Position numbers and translations under genes: made by a program
From: Pelagomonas calceolata
Taxonomy: Eukaryota
Length of the DNA stretch: 64,000 nucleotides
NCBI GenBank assembly: GCA_918797485.1
Contig: CAKKNE010000005.1
Coordinates: 2,294,001 to 2,358,000 of the forward strand
Direction of reading: 5' to 3'
Notes under the pieces: generated by a model
Database searches by the model: none
Told to the model about the DNA's origin: nothing
Seen by the model: the letters and a program-made list of their open reading frames with translations, nothing else
Shown: positions 30,051 through 40,310 of the stretch, piece by piece
Numbering within the stretch: the first letter of the stretch is position 1
Layout of the letters: each line of letters starts with the position of its first letter

Positions 30051-30719
30051 TTGGAGGCGTTTCGGGCCTTCCTAGCTGTTGGTTTTCAGTGTTTGAGGCG
30101 GGACGAGGCCCACAAGCCCCTGGAGACGCTCGACGCTTTACAGTACGCGGAAGAGATAGAACGAGCCGAACACTGCGACTGGGCAACCCAGCTAGGTAAA
30201 ATTGATGTTGACGTGGAACCTGCTGCTGATGGCGCCTACGCCTGCACGGCGCGGTTCCGGCAGCGGACGGAGCCGCCGCCCGACTCGCCCGAATCAATGA
30301 CGGACTGGACGCTGAAAGTTAAATTAAGGGTCTGGGACGCGGCGCCCTTCCTGGGGGCGCCGCCGAAAATGACGGCGCAATTAGTTCATTTACGTCAAAC
30401 TAGGCTGAAGGCATGTACGCCGCCGGAAACGCCAAGGACGCCCGGCACGATCAAGACACGGAAATCTAGGTTTCGGCTCTCGTGGCCGTCTTTTTTCAGA
30501 CGGAAGCCTCAAAACCGGGACAGCGTGGACACCCGCTTCCGCCCCGGCGAGGAGGCCGTGTCGCCGAAGTCGCCCGCGCAGCAGATGGTGCGGCGCGCGA
30601 GCTCCGGGCTCAGCTCCCTCGGCACGGCCGCTAGAACGTCGGCGGGGTCGTTCTCGAAGTTCCGCCGCGCCATGTCAATGCGGTCAACGGAGTCGCCACT
30701 CTCCGGCGGCGGCGAGTGA
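30051..30719 (+). CDS. Hypothetical protein (true start uncertain, probably an upstream exon)
   Basis: Open frame with protein-like composition; no in-frame ATG at the 5' end. Confidence 0.5.
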   Translation: MEAFRAFLAVGFQCLRRDEAHKPLETLDALQYAEEIERAEHCDWATQLGKIDVDVEPAADGAYACTARFRQRTEPPPDSPESMTDWTLKVKLRVWDAAPFLGAPPKMTAQLVHLRQTRLKACTPPETPRTPGTIKTRKSRFRLSWPSFFRRKPQNRDSVDTRFRPGEEAVSPKSPAQQMVRRASSGLSSLGTAARTSAGSFSKFRRAMSMRSTESPLSGGGE

Positions 30720-30792
30720 GGCCGTCCTCCCCAGTCGTCCCTCTCCTGTCGATAGTGTGTCACCCTAAATTTGGAAGAAACAAGTCACAACA

Positions 30793-31977
30793 TTACCCCA
30801 CGCGGTACCCCGTCGTCCCGGGAGTAGTCGAGAGCCGCGCCAGGATCCGCTCGCGCGGTGCTCGATCGGCATACCGCTCCTCGGGCAGCGCGACGCCCGG
30901 CGTCGCTTGGTCGAGCGCGTCCAGGACGAACTCGGCGCAGCTCTGGCCGACGCACCGTCGGAAGGAGTCGTGGCGCTGGACCGCGGCGACGGACCGCTCC
31001 GACGTCGCCGACGAGACGTCGACGCGCATCGCGTGCGCCTCGCCGACGAACGCGTCGGTGACGCGGACGAGCGGCTCCGAGAAGCGCGCGAGGCCCTCGG
31101 AGAAGCGCTTGGAGGACCACCATTTGCGCGGCACGACGGCGACCATGAGTCTGAGGACAGTGTTCCAGATGGCCGGCGCCGTCCCCATGCCGGCGCGCGA
31201 CGAGCCGGTGATTTTGAGGAACTCGCCCGTCGTCGCCGCCTCGGGGAACGGCCACGCCCAGCACTCGGCGTTGAGGCCATCATACGCAATGGTCCCGAAG
31301 TCCGTCCCCGCGTAGTTCTCAGTACGCGTGGCTTCGCCGGCCACGATGCGAGGCACGGGCGGCCCAAAACCATAATTGGTGATGTCGAGGTTTATTGCCC
31401 CACTGCCCCCCAGGCCAGCCGTGAAATAGCTGAAGTTGAGGTCCTTCACAGGTTCTCCCAATAAATGCGCGGCCTCCACGGCCAGCACGTTGCTGAAACC
31501 GGGGAAGGCGCCAGCACATAATAAGGCAGACGTCTTTCGCGCGTCCAGCGCCTTCGCTTCATCGATGTACTCCAACGGGTCGCTCACGTCCACATACACG
31601 GGCGTTTCGCTCGCGATGGCAGCTTTCAGGGGCTCCAGCTTGTTTTGGCCGACGAAGGGGCCCGCGACGTGCACGACCGCATCCTGACCCTCACAAGCCG
31701 CGCGCATCGCGGCGGCGTCGCGGTAGTCGAGCTCTAGAAAGCCGCAGTCGGCTGCCTCGGCTGCCACCTCGGCTGCCACCTCGACAGCGGCGGCGCGGCC
31801 ACGCTCGGCACTTCGTCCGGCCAACGTGATTTGCAATTCCGGCCGACGCTGCAGCAGATGGATTGCTACTGCGGTGCCTATGCGACCAGTCCCTCCTACA
31901 ATGAGCACCGATGGCGGCGCGAGGGCAAGTGTGAGGGCTGTGCATGTGCAGCATAAGAGGGCTGGCAGCTTAGGCAT
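30793..31977 (-). CDS. Saccharopine dehydrogenase-like NAD(P)-binding oxidoreductase, probably plastid-targeted
   Basis: VLIVGGTGRIG, VHVAGPF, YVDVSD, AGAFPGFSNVLA, YFTAGLGGSG; signal peptide. Confidence 0.85.
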   Translation of the reverse strand: MPKLPALLCCTCTALTLALAPPSVLIVGGTGRIGTAVAIHLLQRRPELQITLAGRSAERGRAAAVEVAAEVAAEAADCGFLELDYRDAAAMRAACEGQDAVVHVAGPFVGQNKLEPLKAAIASETPVYVDVSDPLEYIDEAKALDARKTSALLCAGAFPGFSNVLAVEAAHLLGEPVKDLNFSYFTAGLGGSGAINLDITNYGFGPPVPRIVAGEATRTENYAGTDFGTIAYDGLNAECWAWPFPEAATTGEFLKITGSSRAGMGTAPAIWNTVLRLMVAVVPRKWWSSKRFSEGLARFSEPLVRVTDAFVGEAHAMRVDVSSATSERSVAAVQRHDSFRRCVGQSCAEFVLDALDQATPGVALPEERYADRAPRERILARLSTTPGTTGYRVG

Positions 31978-32098
31978 GGTTGATGTCGAGGCGCCGCAGG
32001 CGTCACTAATGGTGCTGTGGGATTAATTTTGTAGCGCTTACTGATACATTCACTGCATTTAAGGCCCCGATCTATCGGGATAGCGAATCGACTTTTGG

Positions 32099-32120
32099 CT
32101 AGCGTCCTGTAAGACACTAG
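32099..32120 (-). promoter_or_regulatory. CTAG-N14-CTAG upstream element
   Basis: Reverse complement CTAGTGTCTTACAGGACGCTAG between divergent genes. Confidence 0.65.
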
Positions 32121-32308
32121 CAAGCTTGGCAAGCCGAGACCGCGGCGGCCGCCTTGTGGTCCGCAGCAGTCGTCGCGCGTCTCAACTCCAACCGTAGACG
32201 CAGCGCGCAGCCGTGCCTCGCTTGACTACCTCCAAGAGAGCACCCCTCTCCAGGGCCTGCAGCAGGTCACCGCGCAGACGCCGCCGCCGCGTCCGCAAGC
32301 GGTGATAC

Positions 32309-32638
32309 ATGGACGCGGCCTCCGTTCGCGAAGGCACGCTCATCACCTGCGACGTGCCGACGCGCGAGCTCATTTTGCACCTCAACGAGACGCACAACTT
32401 TTTGTTGGAGCGCCTCGACGAGACGACGCTGCTCATCGACTCCTCCTTCTCGCACATCGTCGAGGCGGAGCTGGGCAAGACGCTCGAGCGCCACGTCTTC
32501 TCGAGCCGGCACTTGTTTGCCCACGAGAAGGAGCGGCCGCCGCGCGAGCGCCGCGAGGACCGGCCGCCGCGCGAGCCGCGCGACCCTGACGAGGAGTACA
32601 AGCCGCGCGAGCGGCGACCGAAGCGCCCGCGCCGGTAG
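32309..32638 (+). CDS. TFB5: TFIIH subunit p8/TTDA
   Basis: GTLITCDVPTRELILHLNE..FLLERLDETTLLI matches the Tfb5/GTF2H5 pattern. Confidence 0.8.
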   Translation: MDAASVREGTLITCDVPTRELILHLNETHNFLLERLDETTLLIDSSFSHIVEAELGKTLERHVFSSRHLFAHEKERPPRERREDRPPREPRDPDEEYKPRERRPKRPRR

Positions 32639-32643
32639 TCACC

Positions 32644-33423
32644 ATGTGGGCCGCCGTGCTGCTGTACAGCGCGACGCGGTCGTCGTACGTGGCTGTATGT
32701 AAGAGCGACGACGTCGACAAGCAGCCATCACGGCTGGACGCGAGTGACGCGGACGGGCCGCTCGCCGTCGCGGCGCCGTGGCGCATCGCGTGCGTCGCCG
32801 AGCGCCGGACGAAGGAGGGAGCGGAGGCCGTGGCATCCGCCGTGGCGAAGTGCGGCGGGTTCCGCGCGCGGTTCCGCGCCTGCGAGGCCCTGCGGTTGGC
32901 CGCGCCATCACGGGACGCCCCGCCCGCGGCGGCGGTGGCTGATGCCCTCTCGAGCATCGACCTCGGACTCCACGGCGAGTGCGGCGCGGCCGACGCGCTG
33001 GACGGCATGACCTACGCGTGGGTGGACGTGCGCCATCCTGACAAAGCAGACTTTGTCAGGGTTCGCACGCTCGTCGACACGGGCAGCACGGACTGCGAAC
33101 TCAAGGCGGACGTCATCCGAAAGCTGGGCCTGCCGGCTACTGGTGAAACCGCCCACTTCGAGACGGCCGTGGGCCGCGTCACGGAGCAGCCCATCTACGA
33201 GGCCGTGATCCGCGTGCTCGGCCGCGAGGCGCGGGTCGTGCTGTCGCCGGCCGACGGCGACGAGTCCGACGACGAGTCGGACGAGTCGGACGAGGAGTTG
33301 GACCAGCGGTTTGGGTTCGATAGGGTCTCGGACGAGGGTATGCTCGGGCACACGGCGCTGGCGGCGCTGAACCTGGCGGTGGACTGCCGGAAACGGCGGC
33401 TCGTGGTGCTGCCCGACGAGTGA
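32644..33423 (+). CDS. Clan AA (retropepsin-like) aspartic protease domain protein
   Basis: TLVDTGSTDCEL...KLGL and the C-terminal MLGHTAL motif. Confidence 0.72.
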   Translation: MWAAVLLYSATRSSYVAVCKSDDVDKQPSRLDASDADGPLAVAAPWRIACVAERRTKEGAEAVASAVAKCGGFRARFRACEALRLAAPSRDAPPAAAVADALSSIDLGLHGECGAADALDGMTYAWVDVRHPDKADFVRVRTLVDTGSTDCELKADVIRKLGLPATGETAHFETAVGRVTEQPIYEAVIRVLGREARVVLSPADGDESDDESDESDEELDQRFGFDRVSDEGMLGHTALAALNLAVDCRKRRLVVLPDE

Positions 33424-33649
33424 TCCTTCCTTTCCTTCCTTTGGGGGTTTGTAATTCTTAGTGGTAGATTTGGTCTATCTTCACCACCCGGGCGTCGAAC
33501 GGCAAGCTTCCTCACGGACGGCGCCAGCGGCCGGCGCGCGGGCTTCGCGGCGGCGGCCTGCGCGGTTGCGCTCGCGTCTAGTCCATCCCACCTTTCTCCC
33601 CTGGACACCTCCGCGTAAAATTTGCTCCCAAAACGTTCCCGCAAGCTTG

Positions 33650-33671
33650 CTAGTGTCTTACATACCGCTAG
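33650..33671 (+). promoter_or_regulatory. CTAG-N14-CTAG upstream element
   Basis: CTAGTGTCTTACATACCGCTAG about 185 bp upstream of the ATG at 33855. Confidence 0.65.
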
Positions 33672-33854
33672 CTTTATAGGAATGCTCTGCAGATTTTTGG
33701 GGTGCGCATCGTGCTCTTTGACGGCCGCGCACGCTGCCTAAAAGACATTACGAAAGCCAACCGCTGCGCTACGAGTAGCTACAACACACTAATCTTCCAG
33801 CACACGTCGACTCGCAACGCGTTACTCTGCTACAGCCCAGCAGCCCACAGCATC

Positions 33855-36626
33855 ATGTCGCATTACTACGATCTGCGCTTCGAGCGCAGCCTAGACAAAG
33901 CCCTGGAAGCAGCTCGACTCGCACTCAAGTCCGCCAAGTGCGTCAAATTGACGGACGAGGCCCACGCCTACGGCGACAAGTTCGCGGCTGCCGAAGTGGC
34001 CGTCCGCCTCGCGACGTCCTCATCTCTGGCGTTCGCCGAGCTGCTCGGCCTCGGCGCCACGAAAGCGTCGCAGATCCGTGACGCCAAGGGCGACGGCAAA
34101 CTCCAACTCGTGTGCGACTTCGGAGGCACGACCACGTACCTGAGGGAACGCGAGCGCGAGGTGGAAGGCCCGACGGTCGTCGTCGAGCAGAAGAAGGACA
34201 CCAAGGGGGGCTTCTTCGGCGGCTCCTCGACAACAAAAGAGACATCTACCAAAGTCACTACGAAAATCACCGAGCACCTCTGGACGCGCACGTGGTCGCT
34301 CCGTTTGATCGCGAAAAAAGGCGCGACGGAGATCGTGCTGCTGGACCACGCGCTGACCACGACGGAGGCGACGCGCGCGAAGGAGAATCGCCCCGAGCAG
34401 GCGCGCAAGAGCGTCACGCTCGCCGACGCGGACTGGCTCGTGAGCCTGGATCCGTCGTCGTTCTCCATCGACCGTGCGCACGAGGACACGAAGACGCCGC
34501 GGCGCAACGATGACGTCGAGGCGGCGCTGAAGCGCCTCCGGGAGCTCGCCCAATTCGCGCGCGCCATCGAGGCCAAGGCGTTCCCCGTCGACGTGTCGCG
34601 GGCGGTGGCCGCCGCAGGCCTCGGGGCCCAGCGCGACGCGGTCTTCCAGCCGGCGGCCTGCGTGGCGCTCGTCGAGGGTCCTGACGATGGCGCAACACCG
34701 CTCGACTCGTCGAACGAGGCCGAGCTTCTCGCGCACAGCCGCGCGACGGCCGCGACCGCCGCGCAGAACCTGGCGGCGGCGGCGACCAAGGCCCGCGAGA
34801 ATGCGGTAGAGAAGGATTCGGAGGCGCCCGCGTGCCTGCTGGACGCGACCGCGGCCCAGGTTTTACTTGGCAGCGGCCTCGTCCAGGCCGCGGCCACGAA
34901 CCTCGCGGGCGCCCTCGACCACTTGGAAAAAATGCTCTACGCGCAGCTGCGCGACGCCGTCGGCAAGGAGCTCACGCCGCAGGATTTCGAGAGCTACATG
35001 GTCTCGCATGAACGCAAACTGTTCAAACCGTGCTACCGGCCGGCGCCGCTCACTTATGCCGTGAGAAGATCGGCGACGGCGTTTCCCGACGGATCCTTGA
35101 GCCTCGAGGATTCAGACCGGGCGCCGGTCGCGGCGCTGTCGCGGCGCGTCGACGTGCCGGGAGACGAGCCGCGCGCGGTCCGACTCCCGCTCGGCGCCGC
35201 GACGATCGTCGAGTGCCAGGGCGAGACGTACGCGCACGCGTACACGGCGCGGACCTTCGCCGGCGCGCGGCCCGCGCCGCTCCAGCTCGTCGCGTCGGCG
35301 CGGCAGTTCTCGTCCTGGATCCTCGTGCTCGGCACGGTGACCGCAGTCGACGAATTCACGCCCGCGCACGCGATCGTGGTCTCGAACAAGGATGAAGTCA
35401 TCATACCGCTCTTGCTTGATCCGCTGCCGGCCCCCAAAGCGTTCCGCGACGCGATCGAGTCGCTGTCGCCCGAGCAGCAGGACTTCTGCAGGGCCTTCCG
35501 CGCGATGCAACTAGCCTCGTCGCTCTTCGGTATTCTGGTGGTGCAAGTGAAGCCGCAGCTCGAGGCGGTGCTGAACCTTCCGGCGGGCGCCCTGACGAAG
35601 GAGATCGAGCTCTCGTCGCAGCTCATGGATTTCCTGCAGACCTACTCCGTGCCGACCGACGTCCTCTCCTTCGACGGCGACGCGGCGCTCTCATCATCAG
35701 ATAAGGTCGCGGCGGTGAGGGCGCACGCGTCGACGATCAGCAAGATGGTGGCGGACGCGCGCGAGCGCGACCTCGCGGCGAAGAAGGCCGAGGCCCAGGC
35801 GGCTGTTTTGGATTCCATCGCGGACGAGGGCTTCTCTCTACCTGAGTGCGAGGAGGAGGCCGAGTGCGTGGGCGCCGTTATGACTTTCGATTGCGCCGCG
35901 CCGATGATGGGCGCCGCGCCGCCGGGCCGGAGCCGCGGCGGCGGCGGTGGTTCTTATGGTGGGAAGGGCGGCCGGCCCATGAAGATGCGGTCGAAGAGGG
36001 CGGGCGCGCTGCGGTCCACGGGCGGGGGACGCTACGAGCAGGACTTCGGCGCGCCGCCGCCGCCGCCGCGACCCTGCGCCGCAGCGCCCGCGAGCAACGG
36101 CGCGGTCCAGCCGCCGACGCCAACGCCGGCGCCGCCGCGCCCGCAGCAGACGGACGACGAGCCCGTCGCCGGCTTCGACGTCACGGCGCTGCCGCGGCGC
36201 CTCGACGCCGCCTTCGACAAGCTCGACGGGGACGCCTGCCTGCGTCCCACCACGATCAAGCCATCTACCCCTTGGCGCGTGTCGAGCCAGAAGGGCCTCC
36301 TCTCCGCCACGAAGCAAACGACCTACGACGCCGACCGCCTCGCCACCGAGAAAAGAAAAGCCTTCGAGTTGCTCGACGCTTTGACGCGGAGCGGCGCCAT
36401 CCCCCTGCTGTCGACGCAGCTCCACGTCGTCGTCGCGGCGACGCACGCGTTCGACCACGACGTGGCGGAGACGGTGATCCGCGACAACGTGAACCCGATC
36501 CTCAAGGCGGAACGGTCGTCGCTGCTGGTAGCCTCGACGCTGTTCGGCGCGGCGCCGCGGACCCTGGTCGAGCCGTCTCGCGTGCCGGCGCTAGCAGTTC
36601 ATGACGCGGCGCTGCTGGACGGGTAA
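33855..36626 (+). CDS. Large hypothetical protein (~920 aa)
   Basis: Long ORF with host codon usage and globular-looking blocks (ARQFSSWILVLG, SLSPEQQDFCRAFRAMQL, AFELLDALTRSG, NPILKAERS); family not recognised. Confidence 0.8.
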   Translation: MSHYYDLRFERSLDKALEAARLALKSAKCVKLTDEAHAYGDKFAAAEVAVRLATSSSLAFAELLGLGATKASQIRDAKGDGKLQLVCDFGGTTTYLREREREVEGPTVVVEQKKDTKGGFFGGSSTTKETSTKVTTKITEHLWTRTWSLRLIAKKGATEIVLLDHALTTTEATRAKENRPEQARKSVTLADADWLVSLDPSSFSIDRAHEDTKTPRRNDDVEAALKRLRELAQFARAIEAKAFPVDVSRAVAAAGLGAQRDAVFQPAACVALVEGPDDGATPLDSSNEAELLAHSRATAATAAQNLAAAATKARENAVEKDSEAPACLLDATAAQVLLGSGLVQAAATNLAGALDHLEKMLYAQLRDAVGKELTPQDFESYMVSHERKLFKPCYRPAPLTYAVRRSATAFPDGSLSLEDSDRAPVAALSRRVDVPGDEPRAVRLPLGAATIVECQGETYAHAYTARTFAGARPAPLQLVASARQFSSWILVLGTVTAVDEFTPAHAIVVSNKDEVIIPLLLDPLPAPKAFRDAIESLSPEQQDFCRAFRAMQLASSLFGILVVQVKPQLEAVLNLPAGALTKEIELSSQLMDFLQTYSVPTDVLSFDGDAALSSSDKVAAVRAHASTISKMVADARERDLAAKKAEAQAAVLDSIADEGFSLPECEEEAECVGAVMTFDCAAPMMGAAPPGRSRGGGGGSYGGKGGRPMKMRSKRAGALRSTGGGRYEQDFGAPPPPPRPCAAAPASNGAVQPPTPTPAPPRPQQTDDEPVAGFDVTALPRRLDAAFDKLDGDACLRPTTIKPSTPWRVSSQKGLLSATKQTTYDADRLATEKRKAFELLDALTRSGAIPLLSTQLHVVVAATHAFDHDVAETVIRDNVNPILKAERSSLLVASTLFGAAPRTLVEPSRVPALAVHDAALLDG

Positions 36627-37490
36627 CCGGCGCCGCGACACCGCGGCGGCGCAGTCCAAGTTGTTGTTGCCCGACTTGTAGCTCTCACCATCCCCTTGTA
36701 ATTTCCCATTCCCATTCAAGTAGCTTCGGCGGAGGAGGTAGAGTAGGGCACTTGTCACTGGGCCGCGGCGGCGGAGTGGAGGCGGCGCGTCGGGCCGCCC
36801 CGGGGAAAGGGCGCCACGCCTCTCGCTTGTGAAAGAGAGGTATGGGGGGTCGTCGGATCTTTCGCGCCGAGGCCCATTCCAGCACTCTCGCCTCGATGGT
36901 CGGCAAGCAATTTTGAGCTGCAATTTGAGCCGACGCCGCGTCGGCCGCGTCGGTTTTCTGGCAATCGTCGTGCAATCGTTGCTCACCAGAGTCATTTCCC
37001 ACGCGTTTCCGACGTTTCCGGCGCGACGACAAGCCGAAAAACACTGCCAAAGCTGCAGTGTGCATTTCATAAAAAAACGCCGACGGCGGCCCGATCCGCC
37101 GGCAACTCACGGCGAGCGTCGCGGACGACACCCGAGAACACCGACGACCGCCCGACCGCGCGCCGACCGCCCACGAGCGCGCCGCCCGCAGGTCGCGACC
37201 GCCGAGCTCGGCCTCTCGTGAAAATCGACGACCTCGTTCATCAATACATGGTCGACTCGAAGAACTTCACGTCGCCGGCGATGCCGCGGTGCAACGGCTT
37301 CCCGAAAGCTTGAGGGCCATTCCCAATCCTTTGCCTGTCCTTTCCGGGCCCCGGCTGAAGAAGAATCTGTCTTATAGCTTATTAACTTCTGTATATTTGA
37401 ACTTTGTTCACTCGCCTTGGGTAGCCGTGTGCAAAGTGGATGAATTTTAGCAGTACTTAGGTCAAAAATCGCTCGGGAGGACGCGTGTGG

Positions 37491-38720
37491 CTAGCGGAGC
37501 AGGGACGCCGTCACGGCGCGCGGCGAGGCCTGCGGCGTCCGCACGCCGCCGCCGCGGCGCGAGGGCGAGGGCGGCACGGGCCGCGTGACCGCGAGGTCCT
37601 CGAGGAGGTCGTCGAGCTCCTCCGCGCGGCTCGCCGGCTTCGCGCGCGGCGCGTCGGCCAGCAGCGTCGCGGCGTGCTTCTGGAGGTCGCGCCAGCACGC
37701 GTCGGCGAGCGACTGGAACTCCTTGGCGCCCTCGAGGAGCAGGTGGTAGTTCGACGAGCCGTGCTGGCGCCCGCCGGCGAAGTGCGCCTCGCCGGAGTAG
37801 TGCCGCGACGTGCCATGACCCGCGTTCGCCTGCCTAGGAACAGTCCTCTCCAGCTTCGCGCGCATGACGCGGAAGCCCGCGAGGCAGCGCTGCGGCGCGG
37901 AGTCGGCTTTGAGGGCAATCCTATCGGCTTCCGCGGCGGACTTGGCCGCCGCCGCGCCGGGAATTTTGATTGCGCCGCCGCCGGGCGACACGCTTACCAA
38001 TAGAGACGCCCTTAATACAGCATCAAAAAACTCCTCGAGCTCCAACCCGCCGAGCGTGTCCGCGTTCGTCACCGACGACGAGTCCACGAAGAGCTGGCCG
38101 ACGGCGTCACTTCCTAGTCTATCAGTAATATTGAAGGTCGAGCAGAACGTCGCCCATCCCGAAAAGGGCAGGGACTGCTGCATGCGGTCGACGTCGGCGC
38201 GCGGCGCGTGGCGCTGCAGGACTTTAATCTCGAAGTCCGTCGGCGTCTGGCCGTAGTACGCAAAAACCTTGGCGAGGCACGGCGCGAACGCTTTCAAAAC
38301 CGACGCGCAGGCGTCGCGGGCCGGCTCGATGTCCCGTTTATCTCGTTTGGGCCAGCCGCCGCACTTCGCGTCGACCAATGCCGCTAATGCTCGCGCCGGC
38401 CGCAGCTCCGGCTGCAACCTAGCTGCGACGACGCACAAAGCTCTTTTAAAGGCCGAGAAGGGGAACGTCCTTTTCGCGGTCCGGCCCGCCTCGGCGTGGT
38501 AGACGACGGTCAGTTGTTCCGGGGGAGCGCATCCTTCCAGCAACCTTAAAAACTCGCGCTTCTTCATCGTCGCCACGGGATCGCTCCGCGCGTGGTGCGC
38601 TCCTCTTAATGCGCCTCTGACGAAGACGGGCCAGAGGCGGTCGTTCAGGACCTCCATGTCGACGCTGCCGCCGAAGGTGCGCGTCGGCGGGTTGACCGGT
38701 GGCGCGGCGAAGGAGGTCAT
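37491..38720 (-). CDS. Hypothetical protein with EF-hand-like segments
   Basis: Long ORF; MKKREFLRLL, LAKVFAYY, LELEEFFDAVLR. Confidence 0.7.
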   Translation of the reverse strand: MTSFAAPPVNPPTRTFGGSVDMEVLNDRLWPVFVRGALRGAHHARSDPVATMKKREFLRLLEGCAPPEQLTVVYHAEAGRTAKRTFPFSAFKRALCVVAARLQPELRPARALAALVDAKCGGWPKRDKRDIEPARDACASVLKAFAPCLAKVFAYYGQTPTDFEIKVLQRHAPRADVDRMQQSLPFSGWATFCSTFNITDRLGSDAVGQLFVDSSSVTNADTLGGLELEEFFDAVLRASLLVSVSPGGGAIKIPGAAAAKSAAEADRIALKADSAPQRCLAGFRVMRAKLERTVPRQANAGHGTSRHYSGEAHFAGGRQHGSSNYHLLLEGAKEFQSLADACWRDLQKHAATLLADAPRAKPASRAEELDDLLEDLAVTRPVPPSPSRRGGGVRTPQASPRAVTASLLR

Positions 38721-39017
38721 CGTTTCGTTTACGCGGCTGGCGCGTGCAACAAGAAACAGTGAGGCAGAGAGGCAGCAGTTTTTTAGCTAGCGGTGCGGGC
38801 GGCGAGCGTGGCACAACGCGAAGGACTAGGTGGGTGTCCTGGGCGTCGTACGAGCGTGTGGTTCCCTTACGGTACGAGCTCTGTGCCGAGCAATTGCCGT
38901 CCAATGGACAGCGGCGGCGCGGGCTCGAAGATGGAAGCGACCGGATGTCTCCCCGTCGCGCGTCCGGAGACAGTGTGCGCGACGGCTAAAACGTCTTCTG
39001 GAAAGCTTGCTTGCTTG

Positions 39018-39039
39018 CTAGTGTCTTACAGGCCGCTAG
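39018..39039 (+). promoter_or_regulatory. CTAG-N14-CTAG upstream element preceded by (GCTT)3
   Basis: Exact consensus copy between divergent genes. Confidence 0.7.
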
Positions 39040-39219
39040 CTCTGCGGGATCAGGCCTTGTCTTTGCGCAGCGTTTTGCTTGCCGCATAGCTGCATCCTTG
39101 CGTAAAGACCAGTGTATTTCATTTGGCAAACATACTGCATCCGCACACGGCTGCACGCTGTCTGCTGCATCTCGAGACCGCTACCAGCCTCTGCAGCCTC
39201 TGCTCGCCCAGCAGCCTGC

Positions 39220-40251
39220 ATGACATTGTGGCACGCCGCGCGCCGCCTGGCGTCATCATCATCCACAGCCATGCGCCCGCTCCGGGTGGGCGTCGTCGGC
39301 GCCGGCGCCGTGGGCACGTACTTTGGGGTGCGGCTCGCGGAGCTCGGCCACGACGTGCGCTTCTTGGTGCGGAAGCGCCACGACGCTCCCAAAAAACTGG
39401 GCGTCACGAGCTGGCAGGGCGACTTCGTGCTGGAGGGCCCGACGATCGTGCGGGAAGCGTCGGAGCTCGGCGACGATTTAGATTGGGTGCTCGTCGGCCT
39501 CAAGTCCACGGCGTTGGAACAGGAAAATGTATTACGGGACCTGCTCGAGCCCTGCGTCGCCCCGAATACGCGGGTCCAGCTCCTGATGAACGGTTTGGGC
39601 GCCGAGGAGAAGGCCGCCGAGATTGTGGATGCCAGACGCGTCCACGGCGGCCTCGTCTATGGCGGTCTGTCGCGGCGGGGCTTTGATGTTAATCATGCTG
39701 GCGTGCCCTGCGCCATCCACGGCGGCTCGTTTGTGGATGACGAAGCGGAGCTCGCGGCCGCGGAGCGGCTCTGGACGCCGGTCGATCGAGAAAAACCGGC
39801 GGGCGCCGTGGCCTACGTGCCCCAGCCCTGTTTACTCCTGGCGCAGTGGTCCAAGCTCGCGTGGAACGTGCCCTTTAACGGCTGCACGGTGCTCGCGGCC
39901 GGCGCCGACGTCGGCGCGTTGTGGAGGGACGCCGCGGGTAGGGAGGCGGCCGTCGCGGTCATGCGCGAGGTCTGCCGCGCGGCGAACGCGGACCTCGCGG
40001 CGCGCGGTAGTGCAGCCTCTCTGGACGAGGAGGCCGTCGTCGCGCGGCTGTCGGCCGTCACGGACGACATGGCTCAAGTGGATTACGTGCCGTCCACTAC
40101 AAAGGACTTCCGCGAGGGCCGGCGCATGGAGGTCGAGGCCATATTCGGGGAGCCGTTGAGGCGCGCTCTGGCGAACGGCGTGGCGACGCCGCGGCTCGAG
40201 GCCATGGCGGCGCTGCTGCGCGTCGCGAACGACCGCGTCGCGCCTAGCTAG
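39220..40251 (+). CDS. panE: 2-dehydropantoate 2-reductase (ApbA/PanE family)
   Basis: VVGAGAVGTYFG, LVGLKS, LMNGLG, WSKLAWNVPFNG, PSTTKDFREGRRMEVEAIFG. Confidence 0.88.
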   Translation: MTLWHAARRLASSSSTAMRPLRVGVVGAGAVGTYFGVRLAELGHDVRFLVRKRHDAPKKLGVTSWQGDFVLEGPTIVREASELGDDLDWVLVGLKSTALEQENVLRDLLEPCVAPNTRVQLLMNGLGAEEKAAEIVDARRVHGGLVYGGLSRRGFDVNHAGVPCAIHGGSFVDDEAELAAAERLWTPVDREKPAGAVAYVPQPCLLLAQWSKLAWNVPFNGCTVLAAGADVGALWRDAAGREAAVAVMREVCRAANADLAARGSAASLDEEAVVARLSAVTDDMAQVDYVPSTTKDFREGRRMEVEAIFGEPLRRALANGVATPRLEAMAALLRVANDRVAPS

Positions 40252-40310
40252 TAATTCAAGTTTACATTAATGGAACAAAAAAAGGGCCCGGGATGTGCAT
40301 GCGGAGTCGG

